Part shown: positions 28,260-42,200 of the stretch, piece by piece | How positions within the stretch are numbered: the stretch's first letter is position 1 | Layout of the letters: each line of letters starts with the position of its first letter | DNA from: the human T2T-CHM13v2.0 reference genome, Homo sapiens | Length of the DNA stretch: 64,000 nucleotides | Reading direction: 5' to 3' (one strand) | Assembly: GCF_009914755.1 (NCBI RefSeq) | Contig: NC_060927.1 | Notes under the pieces: generated by a model | The model's input: the letters and a program-made list of their open reading frames with translations, nothing else | Databases searched by the model: none | Told to the model about the DNA's origin: nothing | Program-made: the position numbers and the translations under genes

Positions 28260-29220
28260 GTATCAGTTTCTTCCCTATTGCTCAAACATGGGGTCAACCT
28301 TGGCCCAGCTCCTAATCTTGAAGGGCCAGGGTAAAATCCACTGAAGGTAGGCTGGGCCATTAGAAGGAGAGGCAGAGTTGTCTTTCTCTTCAGCTGGAGG
28401 AGCAGAAGGAAAAAGCTGAAACTGCTGTTCGGGTGTAGTTTCCTCCATAAAGCTTCTAATGTAGCATTAGGTTGCTTGTTTATTTTTTTCTAGGGATGGT
28501 TCTGCTCCCAATAAATCATGCCACATTTGCTTACATGTGATTCTTGTCTCTTTTTCCCATTTCACCCTACTTTTTGCAGCGCTTTCTTTTTCCTTTTGTT
28601 AGTCCTTATTGGGTTATCAAATATACCCTCTCCTTGGTTTCTCAGTTTCTCCCAAATCTGCGATGTCTTCTCTCACATCATGTACATCTTGTCCCACTAT
28701 AAGACTCAACGAAGACAGCAAAGGGACATGCCATTTTCTTGATGCACCCTATAATAATTTATTTTATGCCACCAGTAAAAACTTTTAGTGGGCCCTACAA
28801 AAACCTGAGCATAGATGGCTTGCCTCATCCCTAATTCTCAAAGAAGCCCCTGAGCTTCTTCAGTTGATCACCAGGAGGTCATCTCTCCGGTAAATCTCAT
28901 TCATTAGGTCAAGCCTAACTCATAGGAATCAAGTAATTTAGGTAGATTTCCCACCTCCTTTCCTGCAAACTATACTTTTCAGAAATTGGCCTGATCATCC
29001 TAAAGAAGTTCACCTATTGCAGACATGACTGTTTGGTCTAAGAAAGTAAGAAGTCATGCGTGGCCTGAAGAAGGGAAAGAACTTATCTATATTCAGTCTT
29101 CTCCAGAGGAGCAGTGACCAGAGATTTTTCCACCTACACTACTGATGAGTTTCACCAAGCAGTGAGACTACCAGCTGGCAGTGACTACAGGGTCCTGCAA
29201 AATCTGTGCCACCATCTTCT
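28260..29220 (-). pseudogene. Probable decayed gag 3' part of the same provirus, truncated at the L1 junction
   Basis: Lies upstream of the protease. No strong motif recognised. Confidence 0.5.
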
Positions 29221-29221
29221 C

Positions 29222-32200
29222 TTTCTTTGTTTCCTTCCAACTTTGATATTAGGTTCAGGGGGTACATAAGTAGATTTGTTGCAATGGCAAATTGTGTGTC
29301 ACTCAGGTTTGGTATACAAATGATTTTGTCACCCAGGTAAGCATAGTACCCAATAGGTAGTTTTTTGATCCTCACCCTCTCACTCCTTCCACCCTCAAGT
29401 GGGTCCTGGTATCTATTGTTTCCTTCTTTGTGTCCATAGAAACTCAATATTTGTCTTCCACTTATAAGTGAGAACATGCAGTATTTGGTTTTCTGCTCCT
29501 ACGTTTATTTGCTTAAGGAAATGGCCTAAAGCTGCATCCATATTGCTGCATAGGATATGATTTTGTTCTTTTTTATGACCACATAGTAGTCCATGGTGTA
29601 TATGTACCACGTTTCTTTAGCCAGTTCACTTACGATGGACATCTACATTGATTTCATATCTTTGCTATCGTGATGAACATAGACAAGCATGTATCTTTAT
29701 GGTAGAATAATTTATATTCCTTTGGAATATATCCAGTAATGGGGTTGCTAGGTCAAATGGTAATTCTGCTTTAAGTTTTGAGAAATGTCCAAACTGCATT
29801 CCATGGTGGCTGAACTAATTTACATTCCCATCAGCAATGCGTAAGCATTCCCTTTTCTCTGAAGTCTTGCAAGCATCTGTTTTAATAAATAGCCATTCTG
29901 ACTGGTGTGAGATGGTATCTCACAGTGGTTTTGACTTGCATTTCTCTAATGATTAGTGATGTTTAGCATTTTTACATGTGTTTCTTAGCCGTTGTGTATG
30001 TCTTCTTTTTGGGAAGCATCTGTTCATGTCCTTTGCCCATCTTTTAAATGATGATGTTGGTGTTTTGCTTTTTGATTTAAGTTCTTATAGATTCAGGATA
30101 TTAGTCCTTTGTCAGATGCATAGTTTGCAAATATTTCCTCCCATTCCTTAGGCTCTCTGTTTACTGTATTGATAGTTTCTTTTATTGTGCAGAAGCTCTG
30201 TAGTTTAACTAGGTACCACTTGCCAATTTTTTTGTTGCAATTGCTTTTGGAGTCTTTGTCATGAAATCTTTGCCAAGGCCTCTGTCCAGAGTAATATTTC
30301 CTAAGTTTTCTTCTAGGGTTTTTATAATTTTAGGTTTTACATTTCAGTCTTTAATCTATCTTGATTTGATTATTGTATATGGTGTAAAGAGAGGGTCCAG
30401 TTTCAATCTACAGCATATGACTAGCCAGCTATCCCAGCACCATTTATTGAATAGGGAGTCTATTCCCTCTTGCTTGTTCATGTTGACTTTGTCAAAGATC
30501 ACATATGCATTTTATGTGTGTAGCTTTATTTCTCAGTTCTTCATGTTTTTCCATTGGTCTATGTGTCTGTTTTTGTACCAGTACCATGCTGTTTTGGTTA
30601 CTGTAGCCTTGTAATATAGTTTAAAGTCAGGTAGTGTGATAACTCTGGCTTTGTTCTTTTTGCTTAGGACTGCATTGGCTATTTGGGCTCCTCAGTGGAT
30701 CCATATGAATTTTAGAATAGTTTTAACAAAATCCTGTGAAAAATGTTGGTGGTCATTTTATTGGAATAGCATTAAATCTATACATTGCTTTGGGCTGTGT
30801 GGCCATTTTAACAATATTTGTTCTTCCTATCCATGAACATGGATTTTTTTCCCCATTTGTTTGTGACATCTGTGATTTCTTTCGCATTGTTTTATAATTC
30901 TCATTGTAGAGGCCTCTCACTTCCTGGTTAGCTGTATCCATAGGCATTTTACTCTTTTTGTGGTTATTGTGAATAGGATTGTATTCTTGATTTGGCTCTC
31001 CACTTAGAGATTATTAGTGTATAGAAATGCTACTGATTTTTTATATTAATTTTGTATACTGAAGATTTGCTAAAATTGTTTATTAGATGTAGGAGGATTT
31101 GGGCAGAGATTGTGTGGGGTTTTCTAGGTATAAAATTATAATGTCTGTAAAGATAAATAGTTTGATTTTCTCTCTTCCTATTTGAATGCCTTTAATTACC
31201 CTCTCTTGACTGATTGATCTGGATAGGACTTCCAGTACTATGTTGAACAGGAGTTGTGAGAGTGAGCATCCTTGTCTTGTTCTGGTTCTTAAGGGGAATG
31301 CTTCTAGATTTTGCCTGTTCGGTATAATGTTGGCTGTTGGGTTTTCATATGTGGATTTTATTATTTTCAAGTATATTCCTTTGATGCCTTGTTTTGTTGA
31401 GGGTTTTTAACATGAAAGGATGTTGAATTTTAACGAAAGCCTTTTTGGCATCTATTAAGATGAACATGTGGTTTTTATTTTTATTTCTATTTATGTGATG
31501 CATCACATTTATTGATTTACCTATATGGAACCAAACTTGCATCCCAAGAATAAAGCCTACTTGATCATGATGGATTAGGTTTTTGATGTGCTGCTGGATT
31601 TGGTTAGCTAGTCTTTTATTGAGTATCGTTGATTATTGAGTATTGTTGAATCTATGTTCATCAGGGACATTGGCCTGAAGCCTTTTTTTTTCATTGTATC
31701 TCTGATAGGTTTTGGTACAGAATGATGCTGGTGTCCTAGAATGAGTTAGGGAGGAGTCCTTCCTCCTCAATATTTTGGAATAGTTTCAGTAAGATTCTTA
31801 CCCACTCTTCTTTATACATATGATAGAACTTGGCTGTGAATCCATCTGGTCCAGGGCATTTTCTGGTTGTCAGGTTTTTTAATTACTGAGTTAATTTTGG
31901 TATTCATTATTGATTTTTTCAGGATTTTAATTTTTTTCTGGTTTAATCTTGGGAGGTTTTGTTTCCAGGAATTTATCCATTCTTTCTAGGTTTTCTAGTT
32001 TTTATACATAGAAGTGTTTGCAATAGTCTATGAGGATTTTTTATATTTCTGTGGGGTTACTGGTAACATCCCCTTTGTCATTTCTTACAGTGTTTATTTG
32101 GATCTTTTCTATATTAGTTTAACTAATGATCTATCAATCTTATTTATTCTTTCAAAGAACAAATTTTTTAATTTGTTGAACTTTTATGTGATTTGTTGCA

Positions 32201-35200
32201 TCTGGATTTCCTTCAGTTCAGTGCTAATTTGGGTTATTTCTTTTCTTCTGCTAGCTTTGTGGTTGGTTTGCTCTTGTTTTCCTAGTTCCTGTAGGTGCGA
32301 TGTTAGTTTGTTAATTTGAGATCTTTCTAACTTTTTCTTGCGGACCTTTAGCACTATAAACTTCCCTCTTAATACTGGTTTAGCTGTGTCCCAAAGAATT
32401 TGATATGTTTTATCTTTATTTTTATTAGTTTCAAAGAATTTCTTGATTTCTGCCTTAATTTCATTGTTTACCCAAAAGTTATTCAGGAGCAGATTATTTA
32501 ATTTCCATGTAATTGTATCATTTTGAGACATCTTCTTGGAATTGACTTTCATTTTTATTGCAGTGTGGTCCAACAGTGTGGTTAGTATTATCTCTTCTAA
32601 AAAATTGTTGAGAATTGCTTTATGGCTGAGCATGTAGTTGATATTAGAGTATGTGCCATGTGAAGATGAGAAGAATGTTTATTCTGTTGTTGGGTGGAGT
32701 GCTCTGTAGATGTCTGTTAGGTCTATTTGGTCATGTGTTGAGTTTAGGTCCCAAATATCTTTGTTAGTTTTCTACCTTAATAATCTGTCTAATACTGTCA
32801 GTGGGGTGTTGAAGTTTCCCATTATTTCTGTGTGGTTATCTAAATCTCTTCATAAGTCTTCAAGAACTTGTCTTATGAATCTTGGTGCTTTGATGCTGCG
32901 TACATATAGTCAAGGGTTCTTGTTGAATTGAATCATTTATCAGTATGTAATGCCCCTCTTTATCCTTTCTAATTTTGTTGATTTAAAGTCTGTTTTGTCT
33001 GAAATAAGAATAGCAACCATTGCTCTTTTTTGTTATCTATTCGCTTGATAGATCTTTCACCATCTCTTTACTTGAGCCTACGGGTGTCATTGCATGTGAG
33101 GTGGGTCTCATACGGACAGCATACAGTTTCATCTTTCTTCTTTTTCTGACTTGCCACTCTGTGCTTTTAAGTGTAGCATTTAGCCCATTTACAATTAAGG
33201 TTAATAGAGATATGTGCAGATTTGATCCTGTCTTCATAGTGTTAGCTAGTTGTTATGTACACTTGATTGTACAGTTGCTCTATAGTGTCAATGGCCTATG
33301 TAGTGAAGTGTGTTTTTTGGTAGCTGGTAATGGTCTTTTGTTTCCATCTTTTGGACTTCCTTGAGGGCTTCTTGTAAGGCAGGTCTAGCGGTAATCAATT
33401 TCCTTAGCATTTACTTTATCTTAAATAAACTTATTTCTCCATTGTGAATGAAGATTAGTTTGGCTGGAAATGAAGTTCTTGTTTGGAAATTCTTTTCTTT
33501 AAGAATGGTGAATATAGGCCCTCAATCTTTTCTGGCTCGTAGGGTTTCTGCTGAAAGGTTTGCCGTTAGCCTGATAGGCTTCCCTTCATAGGTGACTTGC
33601 CACTTCTCTCTAGCTGCCTTTAACAATTTTTCTTTCATTTTGACATTGGAGAATCTGATGACAATATGCCTTTGTGACAGTCTTCTCATATAGTATTTTA
33701 TAGGAGCTCTCTGAATTTCTGAATTTGATTTTGACCTCTCTAGCAAGGTTGGGGATGTTTTCATGGACAATAGCCTGAAATGTGTTTTCCAAGTTGCTTG
33801 TTCTCTCTCTCTCTTTCAAGGACAACAATTGGTTATAGGTTTGGTTTCTTTACATAATCCCATATTTCTTAGAGGTTTGTTACTTTAAAAAATTTTTTTT
33901 TTAATTTTTTGTTTCACTGTGTTGAGTCAAAGAATCAGTCTTCAAGCTCTGAGATTCTTTCCTCAGCTTAGTCTATTCTGCTGTTTATACTTCAATTATA
34001 TTATAAGATTCTGGTAGTGAGTTTTTCAGCCTTATCAGATCAGTTTGGCTCTTTCCTAAAATAGCTATTTTGTCTTTTAGCTCTTGAATCATATTACTTG
34101 ATTCCTTAAATTCCTTGGATTTTGTTTCATCTTTCTTCCTAATATTGATTATCTCCATTGCCATCTACATTCTGAATCCTATGTCTGTCATTTTACCCTT
34201 TTCAGTTTGGCCAAGAACCATTGCTGAGGAACGGGTGCGGTTATTTGGAGGTAGGAAGATGCTGGCTTTTAGAATTGCCAGAATTCTAACACTGGTTCTT
34301 TCTCATCTTTGTGGCCTGATGTTTGTATAATTTTTGAAGTTGCTGTCCTTTCATTGGGCCTTTTTGCTTTTACATTATTTGCTGCTCTTGAGGGTTTGAA
34401 TATGGTATAAGTTGACTGCAGTTGACTGGTTTCATTTCTAGATGATTTTAGTGAACCAAGTCTCAGCTCAGCACTCCTGGGCTGCATGTCCTATTTTGGG
34501 GGGACCAGGACCAGTCCCATGGCTTTGTTCTCTGGTACCTCAAACTTAAGCACCTCCTGCATGGAGGGGCCAATGTGTTCTCAATCCATTGGCAGCAACA
34601 CTCTAATAGGGTAATGTTGGCAAAAGTGCTTTGTCAGAGTGGTGGCAGTGGGGCCTACCCACACGCATGCCCACAGGGGCAGAATGGTTGCAGCAAAGTT
34701 CATGCACACACATGAGTGCCTGTGTTGGTGGAACAGCAATGTCCACATGGGCATGCCAGCTAAGCAGTTGTGGGAGACTGCAGGCAAGTACACACTGACA
34801 AAGTTGTGGGAGGAGGCTGCAGTTGGGTACATGCTGGTGGGGTCCTATCTGCCAAAGCTCTCTGGTGGTTAGGCAGGATCTGTCACCAAAGGAGCTATGG
34901 CAGTAGCTTCTGTGATGTGCCCTGGTTAGGCATTTGAAGTTGCACTGCAAGCGGGTGTGGCCAGGCAGTAACCCAGGTAGAGACTGACATAGAGAGGGGC
35001 ACTCAAGTCAGACTGGCCACATCCCATGGGCAGGATAGCCCTGTTCTCTTCAGGTCCAAGTGTCATCAAAGGCCAAAGCCAGCTAGAGGAGCATGGTGAG
35101 CCTTGGGGGTTGAGTATCTCTGGCTGTGCTCCACTGTAGACTTTCCTGAGCCAGACCCTCTGGGCTTTATGCAGGCTGGAGTACTGTCCCTGCCGACTCT

Positions 35201-35548
35201 CCAAGCTGTTCTCCCTGACAGCTCAAATGTCCGTGGAGGCTGTGGGGTCTCCTGCAGGTAGGTTTCTGGAGGTCTGTGGTGACAGTGAGCTACTCCATGT
35301 CTATTTAACTCAAACCTTCCCCAGGACCCACTTGAGGTCACGAGCAAGTCCTGGTGCTTGGCAACCCTGTGCATGGTTCCCAACTTCCTTCCCCTTCAGC
35401 CTGGGTTCCGTGTCCTCTCTCTGTCCACTCTCAATGCCTTCCTTCTAAAGAGGTGCTCAGAGTGTGATGGTATTCTTAATGTTCTGGTCCCTCAGTGGGA
35501 GAAGCTCTTCCTGGCTGCATGTAATTAGCCATCCTAGTTCTTCCCTCC
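29222..35548 (-). mobile_element. Apparently full-length L1 (L1PA14-16-like), ORFs disrupted
   Basis: 3' UTR at 29.2 kb; ORF2 remnants ([27 protein letters not shown]; MKTGSNLHISLLTLIVNGLNA); ORF1 remnant (RHIVIRFSNVKMKEKLLKAAREK); GC-richer 5' UTR at 34.4-35.5 kb ending in a ...gatggc-type start. Confidence 0.92.
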
Positions 35549-36143
35549 TTTACCCAGGCTTCTTAATTTCATCTTGAACTGTCCTTCTCTTAACTTACTA
35601 CACTTTAGCCATACCAATCACAATGAATAGTATTCATACCAATAAGAATACTATTCATTCTTAAAATGTGAAGTCTTTCCATCTCAGGACTTTTATATTT
35701 TCTGTTTTCTCAATACTCTACTCTCTGTTCTTTGCATAGTTGTCTACTCCTCATCCATGAATTATAAACAAATAGATTTTTGGAGTGAGATTAACAGTAG
35801 GCCCACAGTTATATAAACCCAGCATGGTATAAAATAGAGCTGGCATTTACACCTTGAGAAAAAGAAATGGACTATTAAATAAATGGTATTATGATATTTA
35901 GCTACAAAATTTGGAGAAAATGTATTTTTAATGTGCTAGAAAACAGAAGAGAGTATGTTTTCAAAATAGAGAGAGCCTTTTATACCCAATGCAGATTACA
36001 GAAACTTTAATAACTTAAGCAAACTTAAAATTCTTCTGAAAGCATATACATTTTTAAAAGGACATAAATAAAGTTAAAATGTAAGTGGCAGATCTGGAGA
36101 AAACATGTATTTTCAATGTATATGTCAAGAAAATGGTAATCTA

Positions 36144-36711
36144 TGACCAAGATAGCCTTAATGTTCCCCCAGCTATACTAAACTTGTAAACAGACTTCTT
36201 TCGGACTCTAGGCCCTGGTCTTCCTTTTCTCAGAGCATTTTCTCTATAAAATTTGTAAATTGTAAATTCTTTTTAAAAATTCTTTAGAAATATATGTAAA
36301 TCTTTTTTAAAAAGCTTCTTGCCAATTTTAGAATCCAGAAATGCCTTTCTCAAGGACTCGGAAACATCTTTTCAGAATATAATTATCAGGGGAGATAGTG
36401 CTTGTATCCCTCAGTTTCTATGGGTGGATTGGAGCCTAACTTCAGAGAAAAAGAGGGTGCCTTGTTCCAAGTTGTAAAACTTTCTCTTCTCATTTATTTA
36501 GATATGAGACAAGTTGCTTTAAGGATTAAAGCTAATTATCAAACACTGATGACCTTTGTTGTACACAATCTCCAAGACTTAAAAAGTCTCCACCTTCCGA
36601 TTTAGTACAGTTGACTTCAGACTGAACTCTGACCTCTATCTCTGCTATTGCAATAGCTTTGGATAAAGTTGTCCTTACATGTTTAACTTAGAAGTAATTT
36701 TTGCTTTAACA
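36144..36711 (+). mobile_element. ERV1-class solo LTR (MER72/LTR51-like; subfamily uncertain) inside old L1M fragments
   Basis: tgaccaag...ttccccc agctatactaaactt...ctttctcaaggac...ggagcctaacttc...ataaagttgtcctt...tttgctttaaca. Confidence 0.65.
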
Positions 36712-38379
36712 CTAGAAAATATAAAGAGCTAGCATAGATGAGAAAAACAGAGTCAAATTTTAAGTGATAAAATACATAATATATTTGCATAATATGAATC
36801 TAAAATGGACAATAAACACAAGAAAGAATTCTTGAACTAACTAATTATCAGAGAATCAAAAATTATGAAAAACAATAAAATATCACACTTAACCATAATA
36901 AAATTTGTTAACAACTTAGTATTCAGGTTTGATAAGGGCATAAATAGATTCAATTCTCATATACTTCTTTGGGGAATGGATTTTAGTGTGTGTGTGTTTC
37001 AAGAATTTGTTGCTATCCATCAAAATGTAACATGGGTGAGCTTTTTTTGTCCTAGGAATATAATTTCTAGTTATCTGTCATAAAGAATTTTTTATTAATT
37101 AGATATCAAAAATAAAGAGATCACCTATATTTTAATGATGAAAGGAAAATTAGAATTTTCCAGAAAAAAACCTTTTCTAAATGGAAAAATGACTGTAAAG
37201 AATTAGAGTACAGTAAATGTTAAACATGCTGAATACAGGAAAGCAGCTTTTATTATATTCTTTATGCATTTTTGTACTTTCTGTAAATTCTCCAAAGAAT
37301 GCCGATTAGCTTTACAATAAAAAACATTAATATATTATTATAGCAAAAATATACAATCAAATTTAAAATTGCTGATTGATTGTGGCTCACATCAAAATAT
37401 AAGTCTTTACTTCAGTAGAGACTATTTGCTATTACTCTACAGTAACCTCTCAGAAATGAATGGTTCTCAGTGATTTAGCACTTTAAATATGATACTTAAG
37501 AAGTAAGATATCCATTTACACTGTCCACTCCTCCTCCAGAGAAAAATAAGAAAGAGAGAGAAAGCCTACTCTAAAAATAGCAATCTATCTTTTTAAGCAA
37601 TAGCAAGGTCATTGCTTAAAAAGATTCTCAAACCTCACCTTTACTTCTTTTGAAGGCCCGTTATTGCAGGCAGGGAAGTTTCCCACCAGCATGTACAACC
37701 TCAAGCCTCGGAAATAAGTAGCATCTTTGTAAATATTGCATGTCCATTTGATGGAGCCTGGGTGTTAGTTTCATCTTTCATCTGGTTCTTTCTTCTGTGG
37801 CATAGTGATGCCCGCATCCTGGAAAGCACCCAGCACAGTGTGGATGCCCTGATAAATATTAAAGGATGATGATGGTAATGACAGAGCAGAGCCCTGTCTT
37901 TGCAGCTGTATAATTCCTCCCTTACATTGCATGCCTCCTCAGACAGCTGTCACATCCTTTCTTTAAGAAGCAGAGATTTCTTGCCAAATTAAAGCTTGAG
38001 ATGAGCACATTACATCCTCATGTCAATGTGGGAATGTGAGATGTGAATGCCTACAGCCATAGACGCCACTCAGAGGCACATCTATTTGATAAATACTCTT
38101 CTAAGAGTCAATTCAGATCGACTACCTGGCCAGTTCAATCAATCATACAGAGAACTGCCCCAGAGAGTTTATAACATGCCCAAAATATTGACCAATTCCA
38201 GGAGGGAAATGTCCAGTCCATTTGAGACCTCTTAGCACATTTTAGCTGAGTAGCATTAATTTTAAATTAATGTGTTTTTGAAGATTTTTAAAAATATGAA
38301 ATTTAATGAAATTTTTTTGAGAGACTAAGGAGATATAATCATCAATATCAATGTCAGTTTTTAAGGAATGAATAACACT

Positions 38380-38590
38380 ACTGAGGCAATTTGCCAGTCA
38401 CTATACAAAGTACTTTTCATGCATTTTCTTGTTTAATATTCAAAAGTCTCAAAAGGTAGATACTAATACTGTATTTTTGTATACTTGGAAAAACCAAAGC
38501 CAAGAAAAATTAAACAGTTTGCTGCAGTCCACAAAGTAAGGAAGAGGAAGTCCATGGAGTCCAATTTAGTTCCTTTGAATCCATAGCTTT
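38380..38590. mobile_element. MIR fragment
   Basis: aagtacttttcatgcattttcttgtttaat...aggtagatacta...aattaaacagtttgc. Confidence 0.45.
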
Positions 38591-38691
38591 CACAAGCTTA
38601 TTTGGAAACATTTCAAAAATGGAAAGAACACCTTGACAATAATGTTGTTTATTCACTTACGCATTTTAAAACTGTGGACTAAGTATCTTTT

Positions 38692-39008
<317 letters not shown>

Positions 39009-39249
39009 GACTAAGTATCTTTTGTTCAAGGTCTAATAAGAAATAAGCATAACAGAAAACTAAGAAAAATTCCAAGTTCATGCACTCTGAGCTAGAAATT
39101 CTACTTCTTACAAACCATTCAAAAATGGTAATTCTATTCAAATTACAACAAAACCAACAGATAAGAAAATGCGCATGTCCAATAATAAAGGAATGTTTTA
39201 AAACCACAGGATGAAATATTTTTTAAAAGAATAGGGTACAGAATAAACT

Positions 39250-42200
39250 TTAAGTTTATTTTTTAATTTTTGTGGGCACATACTAAGTGTATATATTTAT
39301 GGGGTACATGAAATATTTTGATACAGAAATACAACATGTAATAATTGCATCATAAAAAATGGAGTATCCAACCCCTCAAGCATTTATCTTTGATGTTACC
39401 ATCTAATTGTACTCTTTTAGTTAATTTGAAATGTCTATTTAAATTATTTTGACTATAGTCAGCCTGCTGTGCTATCAAATACTCAATATTACTTATTACT
39501 TCTAACTATATATATATATATTTTTTTAGGCACTAAGCATCCCTACCTGTCTCACCATCCTACTCCCCTTCATAGGCTCTGGTAACAATCCTTCTATTCT
39601 CTATCTACATGAGTTTGATTGTTTTTATTTTTACATACCACAAGTAAGTGAGAACATACTATTTTTTTTTTCTGTGCCTGGCCCATTTCACATAACGTGA
39701 TGACCTCCATTTCCATCCATGTTGTTGCAAATGACAGGATCTCATTCTTTAGGGCTGAAGAGTACTCCATTGTGTATATGTATCACATTTTCTTTATTCA
39801 TTCATCTGTTGATGAACACTTAGTTTGCTTCCAAATCTTTGTTATTTTGAATAGTGCTGCAAAAAAAGTGTGCAGATATCCCCTTTATATGCTGATTTCT
39901 TTTAGGTGTATACTCAGCAGTGGGATTACTGAATCACATAGTAGCTCTATTTTTGCTTTTCTGAGGACTCCTAACTTTTCTCCGTAGTGCTAATATACAT
40001 TCCCATCAATGATCTACAAGGGTTTCCTTGTCTTCACATCCTCTCTAGCATTTTTTATTGCCTGTCTTTTGGACATAAGCCATTTTAACTCGGGTGAGAT
40101 AATATCTCATTGTAGTTTTGATTTGCATTTCTCTGATGATCAATAATGCTGATCACCATTTCATACATCTGTTGGCAATTTGTAGGTCGTCTTTTGAGAA
40201 ATGTCTGTTCAAATCTTTTCCCCATTTTTAAACTGCATTATTATTTATTTGTATAAAGTTGTTTGAACTTCTTATATATTCTGGTGATTAATCCTTTGTC
40301 AAATGGGTAGTTTGCGAATATTTTCTCCCATTTTGTAGTTTGTCTCTTCAATTTGTTACTTGTTTCCTTTGCTGGACAGAAGCTTTTTAACCTGATGTGA
40401 TCCCATCTGTCCGTTTTTGCTTTGATTGCCTGTGCTTGTGGGGTATTGTTCAGGAAATCTTTGCCCAGATCGATGTCCTGGAGTTTCCCCAATGTTTTGT
40501 TTTAGTAGTTTTGATAGGTTGATGTTTTAGATTTAAGGCTTTAATCCATTTTGACTGGAGTTTTGTATATGGCAAGAGATAGATGTCTGGTTTTATTCTT
40601 CTGCATATGAATATCCAGTTTTCCCAACACCCATTATTGAAAAGATAGTCCTTTCCCCAATGTATGTTCTTGGCACCTTCATCAAAAATAAGTTCACTGT
40701 GCATGTGTGGATTTGTTTCGGGTTCTCTATTCTGTTCCATTGGTCTATGTGTCTGTTTTTATGCTAGCACTATGCTGTGTTGGTTACTACAGCTCTGCCA
40801 TATATTTTGAAGTCAGGTAATGTTATTCTTCCTATTCTGTTCTTTTTGCTCATGATAGCTCTGTCTATTCTGGGTCTTTTGTGCTTCCATATTACTTTTA
40901 GGATTTTTTTTTCTATTTCTGTAAAGAATGTCTTTGGTGTTTTTATAGTGATTGCATTGAATCTGTTGATTGCTTTGCATGGTATGAACATTTTAACGCC
41001 ATTGATTCTTCCATTATGTGAACATGAAATAGCTTTTCCATTTTGTGGTGACCCCTTCAATTGATTTCATTAGCGTGTTACAGTTTTCATTGTGGAGAAC
41101 TTTCACTTCTTTGGTTAAGTTAATTTCTAGGTATTTAATTTTATCTGTGGCTATTATAAATGGGATTGCTTTTCTGTATTCTTTTTAGATTGTTCACTTT
41201 TGGCATATAGAAATGCTACTGATTTTTGTACCTTAATATTGTATCCTGTAAATTAACTAAGTTTGTGTGTCAATTCTCATAGTTGTTTAATTGTTTTGGT
41301 GAAGTCTTTAGCTTTTTCAAAATATAATATATCATCTGCCAAAAAAGATAATTTGATGTCCTTTCCAATGTGGTTGCCTTTTATTTCTTTCATCTGATTG
41401 CTCTAATTAGGACTTCCAGTACTATATCGAATAACAGTGGTGACAATGGGTATCCTCGTCATGTTCCAGATCTTAGAGGAAAGGCTGTCAGTTTTTCCCC
41501 ATTCAGTATACTAGCTGTGAGTCTGTTATATATGGCTTTTATTATGTTGAGGTAAGTTCCTTCTATACCTTGTTTTGTGAGGATTTTTATTATGAAAGAA
41601 TGTTGAATCTTATCAAATGCTTTTTCCACATCTGTTGAAGTAATCATATAGTTTTTTTCTCCATTCTGTTGATATGATGTAACACATTGATTGATTTGTA
41701 TATGTTGAGCCATCCTTGCATCTCTGAGATAAATCCCACTTGGTCATAATGAAAGATCTTTTTAATCTACTGTTGAATTTAATTTGCTAGTATTTTGTTG
41801 AGAATTTTTGCATCAATATTCATCAGAGACAATGGCCTGTAGTTTTCTTTTTTTTATGTTTTTTTGTCTGGTTTTGGTATCAGAGTAACACTGACTTTCT
41901 AGAATGAGTTTGGAATATTCTGTCCTCCTCAATTTTCAGAATAGTTTGAGTAAGATTGGTATTAGTTCTCTAAATGTTTATGTAAATTCAGCCATGAAAC
42001 CATTGGGTCCTGGGCGTTTCTTTACTGTGAGACTTTTTATTATGGCTTTGATCTCGTTACTTGTTATTGATCTGTTCAGGTTGTGAATTTCTTCATGGTT
42101 CAACATTTGTAGATTGTATGTGTCTAGGAATTAATTCATTTCCTGTAGATTTCCCAATTCATTGGCATACAGTTGCTCATAGTAGCCACTAATGTTCCTT

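Noticed and set aside
31616-31650. 17-bp tandem duplication in L1 (similar ~26-bp one at ~7017-7070 in Tigger1)
   Set aside because: These are ordinary slippage duplications in dead elements.
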